Positions 1-11,561 of a DNA stretch of 55,851 bases are shown one piece after another. The first letter of the stretch is position 1. Each line of letters starts with the position of its first letter. Made by a program: the position numbers and the translations under genes. Location: assembly GCF_001194135.2 (NCBI RefSeq), contig NC_068983.1, positions 126,153,309-126,209,159 of the forward strand, read 5' to 3'. The DNA comes from Octopus bimaculoides. Lineage: Eukaryota. The notes beneath the pieces are model-generated. The model did no database searches, was not told where the DNA came from, and saw only the letters and a list, made by a program, of their open reading frames with translations.

Positions 1-105
1 AGAGAGAGAGATTATTTAGAGCTTGTTAATATTAACAATAACTCACATTAATATACAGATGGGAAGATGTAGTGCTCGTTGTGACCTATATTCAAAATAA
101 TAATT

Positions 106-782
106 TCATGTAGGCAACACGAGGGAAGACTAAAAGAACACATTTGAAATACACATTAGAAACCAATATAAATATATATATCCTCTATAAAAGGGAAATA
201 AAATTCCAGAATACATAATTATATATAAATAGACAAATGTTGGTGCAATAAATAAAACACGATTGAATTTAACAAAAAATTATTTTGTATGTAGATTTAA
301 ATCTATAATACTTTACTATGACGAAAATTGAATTTTTTTTCTTGAGAGGATTAAGCATAAACAGACATATTAAAAACAATGACAGAAAAAATATAAAAAT
401 CACATCTACGGGCAGTTTCAGAGATGTGCCAAGGAATATGGCATATTTCATATTATTAATCATGACACTCCCATCATCAAGATGTTATACAAAGTTCGTA
501 AACACATCTACATACCAAGACCGATCTTTTGAATACTTAATCCTCTCAAGAAAAAACAAATTGTCATCATACTAAAGTATTATAATTTTAAATGTACTTA
601 TAAAAGACACATTTCTTAAATTCAGTCGTGTTTTGTGTATAGCATCGACATTTATCTATTTATATATATCTATGTATTCTGGAATTTTATTTTCATTTTA
701 TAGAGAATATATGTATTGATATAGGTTTCTGATGTGTATTTTAATTTTGTTCTTTTATACTTCGACTGTGTTGCCTCCATGA
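106..782. repeat. Imperfect inverted repeat (arms ~106-358 and ~533-782, ~175-bp spacer); arms possibly decayed Penelope-like GIY-YIG C-terminal sequence
   Basis: The reverse complement of 533-782 aligns by eye with 106-358 (TATGTATTCTGGAATTTTATTT, TTTTTTCTTGAGAGGATTAAG). The left arm translates FHVGNTRE..KNTFEIHIRN..CRFKSIILYYDEN.FFLERIK, loosely like a PLE GIY-YIG tail. Confidence 0.75.
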
Positions 783-786
783 GAAT

Positions 787-1101
787 ATTATTATTATTAT
801 TATTATTCAGTAGTTTTATTTTTATAACGTGCTTTCACTTCACTACCGAGCGCAGCTCTGTGCGCCTTGGGTATGTGCTGTGGTTTGCTGTGGTGCTCTT
901 ATGTTTACTGTATTGAAAGTGTTTTGCGTAGAATGTGTGCAGTACCCAGTAGTGCAATTTTCTGTATGTTATATATATTTGTAAGTCCTGCTATTTTTGT
1001 TATGTATTTGTCTGAATATTTTTTTATTATACCTAAGGCACCTACTATGATAGGAATTGTTTCTGTTTTTAGATTCCACATTCGAGTTATCTCTATTTCC
1101 A
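787..1101 (-). mobile_element. 3' end of young R4/Dong-like (RLE-type) LINE, subfamily A, copy 1
   Basis: Translates EIEITRMWNLKTETIPIIVGALGIIKK..QKIALLGTAHILRKTLSIQ* (stop 905-907), followed by a ~100-nt 3'UTR with AATAAA and a (TAA)n tail. Runs into an N gap. Confidence 0.9.
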
Positions 1102-1410
1102 NNNNNNNNNNNNNNNNNNNNNNNNNNNNNNNNNNNNNNNNNNNNNNNNNNNNNNNNNNNNNNNNNNNNNNNNNNNNNNNNNNNNNNNNNNNNNNNNNNN
1201 NNNNNNNNNNNNNNNNNNNNNNNNNNNNNNNNNNNNNNNNNNNNNNNNNNNNNNNNNNNNNNNNNNNNNNNNNNNNNNNNNNNNNNNNNNNNNNNNNNNN
1301 NNNNNNNNNNNNNNNNNNNNNNNNNNNNNNNNNNNNNNNNNNNNNNNNNNNNNNNNNNNNNNNNNNNNNNNNNNNNNNNNNNNNNNNNNNNNNNNNNNNN
1401 NNNNNNNNNN

Positions 1411-1432
<22 letters not shown>

Positions 1433-1443
<11 letters not shown>

Positions 1444-1760
1444 GACAAATGAGGAATGTCAACTGAAAAATTAAAATGTTAGCAAACGTAAGCTGTAATA
1501 ATAACGCATCATATTACCGAAAATTGTCAACAACTGAAACAGGCTTAAAACAAAATATTATTAGCAGTGAAGCAACAGGAATAAAACACACTATTAATGA
1601 TAAGAAACATTTAAGGAAACGAAATGAAAACTGTGTATTGCTGGTATCACATAAAGTCTAATGTCGTGCAATTTTCTGTAAATGTGCACCCGGGCCATTC
1701 TCTGAAGACCTATTTCATGAACAGAAAAATTGTAAGGGAAGCCATATGAGTCCTAAAAAT
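1433..1760 (+). pseudogene. Frameshifted remnant resembling the Cys-rich region of the 10201-11220 protein, plus an EGF-like C-x-C module
   Basis: Joining frames gives YVGQMRNVN / KLKC-LANVS-C-NNNASY / ITENCQQL, matching the C244-x5-C250-x6-Y257-x6-C264 spacing of the intact ORF within 1 residue per interval. Further on: FCKCAPGPFSEDLF..SHM. Confidence 0.45.
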
Positions 1761-2519
1761 TAATTACTGGGAAATGTTGAAATAATAAACAGTTGTCATA
1801 GATATCAAACAAGATTATTCATTAAAAGGTGATCTCAGTAAAATGTGTGAACTCATTCCTTACATTTGTTGCCATGCAAAGTATTAGATTCTTCGGAGAG
1901 GTTGCATTTGTTTTCCCCTTGAATTGTAATAACGATTGTAAATTTAATCGCACTTAGGTTAGAATTTAGTGGCCGTAGTTTGATAAATCTAGTAGACTGA
2001 ATGACGAATAAACATTACGTTGCTCAAGGCTGAATATGATGCGATTAGAAATCAGTTGCAAAGTTGATGCGGACATTTGGTGTGCAAGATATTGTGCGTA
2101 TTGAACTAGTACCACTGAATCCATGCTTATGTTTCTGATTTTCTTACTTACGTTTGTAGATGCATGATTCTTTTTAAGCTATTGTATATTGTCCCTTTCA
2201 TAGTTATTATTCTAGTAAATAATCAGAAAATCCTTATTTTGGTTCCGTTGTCAAGTGCATATGCCACAAATTGTATATGCGCTCTTTCTGTTATTAATCC
2301 GTGTTACATATTCTTCAATGACATATGTTTGTTCAAAGTTTCTAATGAAAATATTATAAATTGTATTTGATGATTTGAAATTGATTATTAAATTGTTGAT
2401 GTATTACAGAGAAAAAGTGATACTTCTTCATTTAACTCAGGACACATCTTGCAATTATTTCACGTTTGTTACTCATAATTTATGTATCGGTGATTATTTA
2501 AAGAGTTGATGTCATTCAT

Positions 2520-3210
2520 GTTATTATACAACATATTTTTTATATAACACTTGCGTCAGAAGAAACATTTTAATCCTCCTGATTTGAATGTATAGTTTCT
2601 TTGTTTTGCGTAACCATAGCTGATTCGATTTTATTTTCCTGCAAATTTATTGAGAAGAATTTGACCCCCAACTAAAAATTGTAACGAATAATAGTCGCAG
2701 AATATTAATTTAGAATTTGAATTATTTAATTGGAATGAAGTATAGTGATGACGATAATGATAAATTTAACAACAAACGAGGCAACTTTTTGTGAATGAAG
2801 ATCTTGAAATCGTTGATTAACTCTTTGTTCATTAACACTTTTTTTGCATTGTGGCCAGTTTGACATGCTCACGCTTTCTTTGGGAATTTTCTGCAACTTC
2901 TTTTATTTTAATTCACTGTTGGTGATTGTAACTAGATCAAATATCGAATTTTAAGCATTTTGAAAATCTTAGATATTCTGCTATGCACTCCTAGGTACTT
3001 TATAATTAATCTACAGTAATTGTTGTTCCTATGAGTAGAGAATGATTTGTTATCCTATAATTGCTAATAATTTTTATTAAAGTAGGGATAACGTCGGTAT
3101 TCATTTGCGTAAGTTTAAATATAGTAAAGTAGTGCGAATAAGCCTGGAAGAAATGATTGCAAATATAATCTAATTTTGCATCAAGTCTGTGTTCTTTTTG
3201 TTGCACGGTC
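2520..3210 (-). pseudogene. Second decayed apparent paralogue of the 10201-11220 gene
   Basis: IFKLTQMNTDVIPTLIKI (~3125-3070) matches IFELEIRNNIAKPVFLTI. YAKQRNYTFKSGGLKCFF*RKCYIKNMLYN (2612-2523) has the same C-x5-C-x6-YN spacing. Same order as in the intact gene, with in-frame stops. Confidence 0.45.
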
Positions 3211-4616
3211 TTTATTTAGAAATTCATCTCATGCATTCATAATTAACATTTAGCAATGCAAAACACTAGGACGTGTACAAAGAATTAGAATTTAAAAAAT
3301 GAAAAATGTTTATATTTTCTTCCGTAATGAAGTAGCTTCACAATCATAGTAGAACCTACAGAATCGACAAACTGTAAAGTCATTCAGGTTATTGGTTTGC
3401 CTTTTGCATTGCAACTCCATCTGCATTATTTGTTGTAAATGAACTCCTGTGTCATTGTTAGTCATATTTGTTTACGAGCATTGTCAGATTTTAGTTCTTA
3501 CTTCATTTTGAGTTGTTATTCTTATGTATTGATTTATATAATGAATGAATGAAAAATAGGTATGTTTAGTGGAAAACTGAAATGTAGTAAAGGGAACTGA
3601 ATTTGAAAAGAAATATTGTATTAGAAATGAATGAAAAATATGCATCTAAAATAAAACTCCCGGTCAGATGCGCTCGCCCTTTGACAAATATTGTATTTAC
3701 GTTTGTTTACTTCATTGGGCTTCGGTTCCATAGTTATATGATTGCTGGAAGAAAAAGTGTAATATTGCATTCTTACTTTTCGAGACTGAAAGGGAGATCG
3801 AGGGAAAGAAAGAGAGAGAGAGGGAGGGGGAGAGGAAGAGAATAAAGAGTAGAATATATATATATATGTATATANNNNNNNNNNNNNNNNNNNNNNNNNN
3901 NNNNNNNNNNNNNNNNNNTATATATATATATATATATATATATCTTCAAATGTGAATTAGAAGCAGCGTGTGTGTTGTTAACATTATCGAAAACACACAA
4001 TGTTCGCCAGTCTCCTCAAATTTGACGCGGTGGAGATGACTCTCTCAAAGGGCCACGTAAGAAAACACCTGATATCAAAGTCATAGACAAGTGAGACAAC
4101 TCACCCTAAGTAACATTTACAAGCGATGGACATCAATGCCTTCGACTATGACATCCAGGTTTTTCAACCCCGAAAATTTGAGCGAATCATCTTCTCCGCG
4201 TCAGTTCGCAGTCGACTAGTAAATAGGCAAAGTTCATACATTATGTATCTGTGTCAAATAATTCTTAAAACACTCATTTTACTTCTAACTCATATTTAAA
4301 TTTATTCTTTCGTATGCAGATGCGTTTTACGCTATCTTACATATAGTCATGAATAGGCTGTTCGGTTTGCCTCCGGCTTGCTTCCAGTACGTGATGTAGA
4401 TAAACTACAACAATGGAAAAACATTAAAATCTCTCACTCGATGAGTTTTGTCGCCTTTCTACGACTATGAATTTTAGGTGTTTTAGCACCCGGCGAATTG
4501 AGTATGTCTGTGGGGAGGTGCGTCCTGCGGGTGAGTGTGTTTGTCTGTGTGTCTGTGAATGTAGGGGTGCATTTGTGTATGTCTGTATGTCTATACTGCT
4601 GGCATCATCATTAACG

Positions 4617-4836
4617 TTATTATTATTGTTATTGTTCAGTAGTTTTCTTTTTATAACGTGCTTTCACTTCACTACCGAGCGCAGCTCTGTGCGCCTTGGC
4701 TATGTGCTGTGGTTTGTTGTGGTGCTCTTATGGTTACTGTATTGAAAGTGTTTTGCGTAGAATGTGTGCAGTACCCAGTAGTACAATTTTCTGTATGTTA
4801 TATATATTTGTAAGTCCTGGTGTTTTTGTTATGTAT
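4617..4836 (-). mobile_element. 3' end of R4/Dong-like LINE subfamily A, copy 2
   Basis: Near-identical to 807-1010 (CAGTAGTTTT..ACCGAGCGCAGCTCTGTGCGCC..); degenerate TAA tail; followed by an N gap. Confidence 0.9.
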
Positions 4837-5359
4837 NNNNNNNNNNNNNNNNNNNNNNNNNNNNNNNNNNNNNNNNNNNNNNNNNNNNNNNNNNNNNNNN
4901 NNNNNNNNNNNNNNNNNNNNNNNNNNNNNNNNNNNNNNNNNNNNNNNNNNNNNNNNNNNNNNNNNNNNNNNNNNNNNNNNNNNNNNNNNNNNNNNNNNNN
5001 NNNNNNNNNNNNNNNNNNNNNNNNNNNNNNNNNNNNNNNNNNNNNNNNNNNNNNNNNNNNNNNNNNNNNNNNNNNNNNNNNNNNNNNNNNNNNNNNNNNN
5101 NNNNNNNNNNNNNNNNNNNNNNNNNNNNNNNNNNNNNNNNNNNNNNNNNNNNNNNNNNNNNNNNNNNNNNNNNNNNNNNNNNNNNNNNNNNNNNNNNNNN
5201 NNNNNNNNNNNNNNNNNNNNNNNNNNNNNNNNNNNNNNNNNNNNNNNNNNNNNNNNNNNNNNNNNNNNNNNNNNNNNNNNNNNNNNNNNNNNNNNNNNNN
5301 NNNNNNNNNNNNNNNNNNNNNNNNNNNNNNNNNNNNNNNNNNNNNNNNNNNNNNNNNNN

Positions 5360-5484
<125 letters not shown>

Positions 5485-6515
5485 CGCGCAGTATACTATA
5501 TCGTGAGGGTATTGATTGAAGATATTGTGTCTACCGGGGCAGGGTTTTGTATTGTTTGTCAAGTCACAATAATGACCTCAGACAGACATTATTTTACGCA
5601 ATATGTGGGTAATTCAAAGATTTTTCAGATTTTTTTTCAGATTGAGTTGTATTAAATCCAATGCTTCGGTGACAATAGGGATAAACTTTGTTTCACTTAC
5701 GTAGCTACCACATGTTAGCGATCTCAATTCTCAAGTCTCCAGATTTATCAACAATTTCTCTTTCTTTCATAATAATATGTTAATCTCCTACCACTGCCAC
5801 GTCAATTATCAGGCACTCTTGTTTGTCCCTCTTAAAGCTTACTGTATCTGACGTTCGGTGCTCTAACACCTTATCTGTCTGGAAGTCAAAGTCCCAGAGG
5901 ATTTTTGCCTTCCCCTTTTCGTCCATTACATTTTCCGGTGTACGTTGGTATCGGGCACACCTAGCCTCATATCCATACATACAGCATAGTAGCCAGTAGC
6001 TCTTTTGGGCTACCTTGTCGTGTCTAAGCTTGTACTCGTTCTGGGCAAGACATTCATAAACACTAACGATGTAAGTTGCGCTTTCGATCCTCTTCGCACA
6101 CATTCTTCGTAGGTCCGTTGCACATGTGTTGTATATATTCTTTCTCACTGAGTTGGTCTTCAATTCCTGGTCCTAGGCAGCGACGATTAGGCTTTCAGTA
6201 TTCGTTTTAGTTGACCCTTGTTGAGTCACCTCCATGCTGCTTCCTTTTCAATATTAAACTATCTCGTCTATAGTATACTCTTTTTATCTTCTGCTTCATA
6301 TGTGTGTGTTGTATCGTACCTAGTTCATTGCGTCCTAAGTATTTGTACGTTTGCCTTAGGTCTAATCCTCTTATTTCATAGACTTTATCTAGTGTGAAGT
6401 TGCTACTCCTAACTAGTTTTTCCTCATTTGACGGTTACTTTGGCACATTTTTCTAAGTCAAATTTCATATTTATTTCTTCGGTAAATACATGCAGTGCCT
6501 GTAGTATTGTTACCA
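5485..6515 (-). mobile_element. Older R4/Dong-like LINE remnant: RT fragment (~6250-6515) joined to zinc-knuckle/RLE domain and 3'UTR
   Basis: MKFDLEKCAKVT..YKYLG, then TESLIVAA*DQELKTN, ECLAQNEYKLRHDKVA, KILWDFDFQTDKVLEHRT.D..CLIIDVAV; several stops and frameshifts. Confidence 0.85.
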
Positions 6516-6517
6516 GC

Positions 6518-6715
<198 letters not shown>

Positions 6716-6892
6716 GTAGGTTATTGATGATGGAAAGCGTCAGATGTCCAAGGCCAGCGGATAATGTCACACTTGTTTACTGGTTATGTTTTTCAGCCAT
6801 GTTGGTAGTTGAATGCTGATACTTCGAAGTGCACCAAGTACTATTAATATCACACATTTTTTTGCACGGTTATGGAAGCATGACCAGTACAA

Positions 6893-7325
<433 letters not shown>

Positions 7326-8219
7326 CTTCTTCTTCTTCTTCTTCTTCTTCTTCTTCTTCTTCTTCTTTCCGATCATGGACTGTACGGTATTGTCAACGAG
7401 GGCCAGTAAATTTTGTACACGTAAGAAATAAATTGCTGCAGTGTCATTTTGACACTTGATATTGTCTTCTCCTCTAATACTATAGGAGTGAATGCAACAA
7501 AGTTGCCGAGGATCCGATGATGAAAATGCATCATTTTCCTCATTTTCACTTCCAACATATTTAAGTTAACATCATTTCCGAGAGGTCTAAACTGAAACAA
7601 GATTCACGGGATATTTTACGGTCAAATCAATAAATTATTTTAAACTCTAAGTATGAGAATGGAACTTGCACATTGAATGGGAGTTAAATGTCTTATGAAA
7701 GAAAATTGGTATGCGATTTCAAATAACACCTGAGATAAAATCTAACTTATTTTCAAATGTCTCAACTTTAAATAAGTATATATTGATATCAAATGTATTT
7801 TGCATTATATCTGTCAGATCAGTAACAATACGGAAAGGCAATTACAATTCACATAAAAAATATACTTATAATATATACATATGCGCTTTCCATTCCGAAA
7901 TTACTTATTCAAAAACTTATATATTTAAAATTTTTGTAAGCCACTTCAAATACAATGCCAGCGAGAAAATAATTTATACTGTCAGAACTTTACGTTTAAA
8001 TATATACATTGTAAATTATTCATTAAGCTGTATGACAATTTTGTATCATTTCAAAAGCATTCGAATTTAAAAATGAAAAGTTTTATAATGCACTAGATTA
8101 TAAAAGTTTAATATCTTTACAATTATGAAGTACTTTTTCTCGTCTATGCCGTTTTAAACTCTTACTATATATGTAAATGTTTAAATATTATTATGACACC
8201 AATCCGAGTCTCTCTGTCT

Positions 8220-8244
8220 CTGTATGTCTGTCTGTTCCTCTCTA

Positions 8245-8331
<87 letters not shown>
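8220..8331. repeat. (TC)n microsatellite
   Basis: Direct inspection. Confidence 0.95.
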
Positions 8332-8334
<3 letters not shown>

Positions 8335-8409
8335 GTCGGTTTCGACGTACAAGAACTCGAGAAACTACACTCCCTTTCTCAATCATAATGATTATATTGA
8401 ATATATATA

Positions 8410-9165
8410 TAATTAGCAGTAGGTTTTCATTGCATTTCGCAACAAGTGTGTTTTTGGGAGCTAATATGGCTGTTTCGCACAGCCAATTCAGGTTTTGGTA
8501 GTTTGCGTGCAGATCGGGAAAAAACAGCAGTGGTAATGTCGTCCACAGTATCCATAGGTGTGTCCACGTGTGAGACAATTATCTCTCCAGCTGCATCGGA
8601 GGGACCTTTACCATCACCAACGGTAAGAAGTTGCTTAGAGAAGTCGCCTGATAAGTTGTCGCCGAAAAGCTGGACCCTCGTTTGTTGTAAGAGTCAAAAT
8701 TGTCACGTCCTGCCACAGGGAAGATAACGTAATGCAAGCCATTACAGCGTCGGCTCTGGTGCCTTTTGGAATTATGGGTAGGGTTTGTCTGAAATCACCA
8801 GACAGAAGGAGGGAAACGCCTCTCATGGGGCTAATGCAGACCTGGATCTCTTTTGGGGTTCTGTCCAGTGCATCAAAGGATCCTTTATGTACCATGGTGC
8901 ATTCGTCCCAAAAAATGAGCTGGCACTTTCGCAGCACTTCTGCTTTTACTGAGTCTTTTGTAATATTGCAGTTGGCTGAGTTGGACGCAGAAGCATTGAA
9001 CGACAGTTTGAAGTTCGAATGAGCCATCCTACCCACGAGCAGTAGAGTCGTGGCAATTCCGGAAGAAGCAATAGCTACAGTGATCCCCTTTTGCTGGCGT
9101 ATTTTTGCTGGGAGGAGTTTAGTCACGAATATTTTACCAGTTCCCCTTGGGGCGTCTGAAAAGAA
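8410..9165 (-). mobile_element. Helitron RepHel fragment, PIF1-like SF1 helicase motifs I-IV, frameshifted
   Basis: FFSDAPRGTGKIF (Walker A), VAIASSGIATTLL..GRMAHSNFKL, IFWDECTM, LLSGDFRQTLPIIP, then FPDLHANYQNLNWLCETAILAPKN in another frame. Confidence 0.92.
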
Positions 9166-9849
9166 AATGCAAACACACACACAAACACACATACATACAT
9201 ACGCATATATATATGTGTATGNNNNNNNNNNNNNNNNNNNNNNNNNNNNNNNNNNNNNNNNNNNNNNNNNNNNNNNNNNNNNNNNNNNNNNNNNNNNNNN
9301 TATATATATATAGCAGAAAGAGAAAGGGAGAGAGAGAAAGCGAGACAAAGAGGAGAATTGTAATATTTATCTGCTGTATGTGCTTGCAAAAAAAAAAAAA
9401 AAATAGCCAGAAAAAGAATGTGCGTGTGAAATATTTGGACAAATAAAATGAGAAAGCTAAAGTGACAAACACCTCCATGTTGCTGTGTGTTTCTGAATTG
9501 AAATCTCGGCGTTGTTAACTAGTTTCACTTAATGATGTGTCGGAAATATACGAGGGTAAATTAAATTTAGTGTAGAACTTTCTTCAACGATTTTGTAGTT
9601 GTTATAATTTTTTAAAAAGCGAATAAATGAAGAAATTATGAAAAATTCCTAATGTAATTTATTAATGTCACTTTTTATAAACTTTTACAAATATATTAGA
9701 ATATAATGCGTCGCAGAAAACTTATATCAGATATATTCATTAGCATATGTTCTGATCCGATAAAGCAAATTATACCTACAAATATTCAGTCGAAAAACAG
9801 TGTATATGAAGGCAGTCATTGGGCAGTTTCTCTTAACACTTGTATTCCA

Positions 9850-10200
9850 GCTTATCACAAACACAGTATTTCCCTGTACAGGGAGAGAGCTTCAAAATTC
9901 GCTAACTCCGAACGTAAATTATTCTTTGCAGTCTCTTTGAAGGCAGCGGAAAATGATTGATATGCAATTTTAAAGCGTTAAACAATTTCCCACTTTTGAC
10001 ACATGAATCGACTATGTATCCCCAATTTATGTTCTGTGCTAGCGAAGTAAATAAATAAATACTTATTTCCCTTTAATATAATCATACAATACTTGTTTTT
10101 ATATTATAATTGAATGCATTTTATCAATATTTTAATTGAATATATCTGAAAGATATTTTGAGAAATTGGTTTCCATGGTGGCAACAATATCGAGTACATT
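9850..10200 (-). pseudogene. Decayed C-terminal continuation (EGF-like Cys motifs) of the 10201-11220 gene
   Basis: The -1 frame is open 10270-10127 and reads ..KCTRYCCHHGNQ (CCHHG at 10186-10172). PCTGKYCVCDK occurs at 9883-9851. Multiple stops and frameshifts lie between them. Confidence 0.4.
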
Positions 10201-11220
10201 TTAACAACCAGATTCTTGTGCGCAACGATCGAACGAAGGTATAATTGTCGACGGATTTTTCGTGAACTTCTTAGCTGATCGACACATGCTACTGCAACTA
10301 GCGTATTCAAGATTTCCTGCATTAATTCTTTCTAAGTCTACATATGGAGATTTAGTTTCGTGCAGCGCTTTAAACTGAAATTTTCGATCATCTTTCAGAT
10401 TTTGAATTGCGCTAAATCTATAGTTTTGGCACTGTTTCTTCAAAATGTTGTAAAATGTATTATTAGCAGCACAAGCAGGGGCTCTAATACATTCCCCAGT
10501 CTCACCATCAAAGAAATTCATCTTAGTACTTGTAGCTTGGGCACAGTCAATTGGCAAGCAATTATCATTGTTGCATATCCAGCCAGTATATTTCCGACCC
10601 GAATGCTGGAGCTTATACCCTGACCCCTGTGACTTATCTACGATAGGTGACTCGTCTTCCGCTGACGTAACTCTTGTTTTAAACGGAAGCATACAGGAAA
10701 TCACTGATCCTGCTTTCTCGCTTATAACATCAAACTTACAACGACCTTTGAACTGATAATTGTCTAGCATTAAATGAACGCTAGCATATAACAGAGTTAC
10801 TGTTGCACTTTCTTCTGGATTTATTTTGTATTTACGTTTCCCGATTAAAACAATAGAAACACAGCGATCCGTTTGACTTACTCTCTCAGTTGCCATTTGA
10901 AATTTTTTGGCGCAACATTTGGTTTTTATCGTAAGAAAAACAGGTTTGGCTATATTGTTCCTTATTTCTAATTCAAATATAATTACAGGGCTCTGAGGTG
11001 CCAACGATTTTGCATCAGATCTAATAATTTCAAACGGTGTTTTTGACCCTGCGTCCGCATATCGAGTGAATCTGTTTTTTGCCGGTTCCTTGTACTCAAA
11101 ACGATTATCACGAATATGGTATGGTTTGTGGGTATTTTTTTTCCCTGCCCTACACATGTTCGCTGATACATATTTCACAATCAAAACAATTAGGAGAAAT
11201 CTGAAATATGTACAAAACAT
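10201..11220 (-). CDS. Uncharacterised, apparently single-exon, secreted Cys-rich protein (339 aa)
   Basis: Longest gap-free ORF in the window. Signal-peptide-like start MFCTYFRFLLIVLIVKYVSA-N with an in-frame stop 10 codons upstream. 16 Cys in the mature part; beta-rich segment ~aa 78-183; Cys cluster C216-C264. No transposon motifs or low complexity. Confidence 0.75.
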   Translation of the reverse strand: MFCTYFRFLLIVLIVKYVSANMCRAGKKNTHKPYHIRDNRFEYKEPAKNRFTRYADAGSKTPFEIIRSDAKSLAPQSPVIIFELEIRNNIAKPVFLTIKTKCCAKKFQMATERVSQTDRCVSIVLIGKRKYKINPEESATVTLLYASVHLMLDNYQFKGRCKFDVISEKAGSVISCMLPFKTRVTSAEDESPIVDKSQGSGYKLQHSGRKYTGWICNNDNCLPIDCAQATSTKMNFFDGETGECIRAPACAANNTFYNILKKQCQNYRFSAIQNLKDDRKFQFKALHETKSPYVDLERINAGNLEYASCSSMCRSAKKFTKNPSTIIPSFDRCAQESGC

Positions 11221-11419
11221 AACTTGTAATTGGTGTATGGAATTCTTTTAATGTTTCTAATACTTCTGAAGCTAATGACGTCATTATATTACTTATGTCG
11301 CAAAATATAGTAAACATCACGTGGTAAATGTGATTCTCATTCACTGATCTTTTTCGTTCTTTTTCCTTCTCATTCTGACTGTTTGTGTGTATATGTAAGT
11401 ATATACATACTTGCAAATG

Positions 11420-11465
11420 TATATGTATGTATGTACACACACACACACACATGCGCACACACACC

Positions 11466-11560
<95 letters not shown>
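11420..11560. repeat. (CA)n(TA)n microsatellite upstream of the ORF
   Basis: Direct inspection. Confidence 0.9.

Positions 11561-11561
<1 letters not shown>

Noticed and set aside
1855-1900. Minus-strand LHGNKCKE* as an EGF module of the minus paralogue
   Set aside because: Overlaps the plus-strand ICCHAK reading through a near-palindromic TGCCATGCA; the strand cannot be resolved by eye.
4340-4560. LPVRD..DKL string resembling the Tx1-like fragment at 22.4-23.6 kb
   Set aside because: Too short and degraded to support as a feature.
9549-9580. TACGAGGGT mariner-TIR-like start
   Set aside because: No partner TIR or transposase nearby.
9770-9875. Possible exon on the minus strand (ctccctgtacag acceptor, AG|GTATAA donor)
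   Set aside because: The open frame is unrecognisable; the Cys motif lies in another frame with a stop, so it was treated as decayed sequence.
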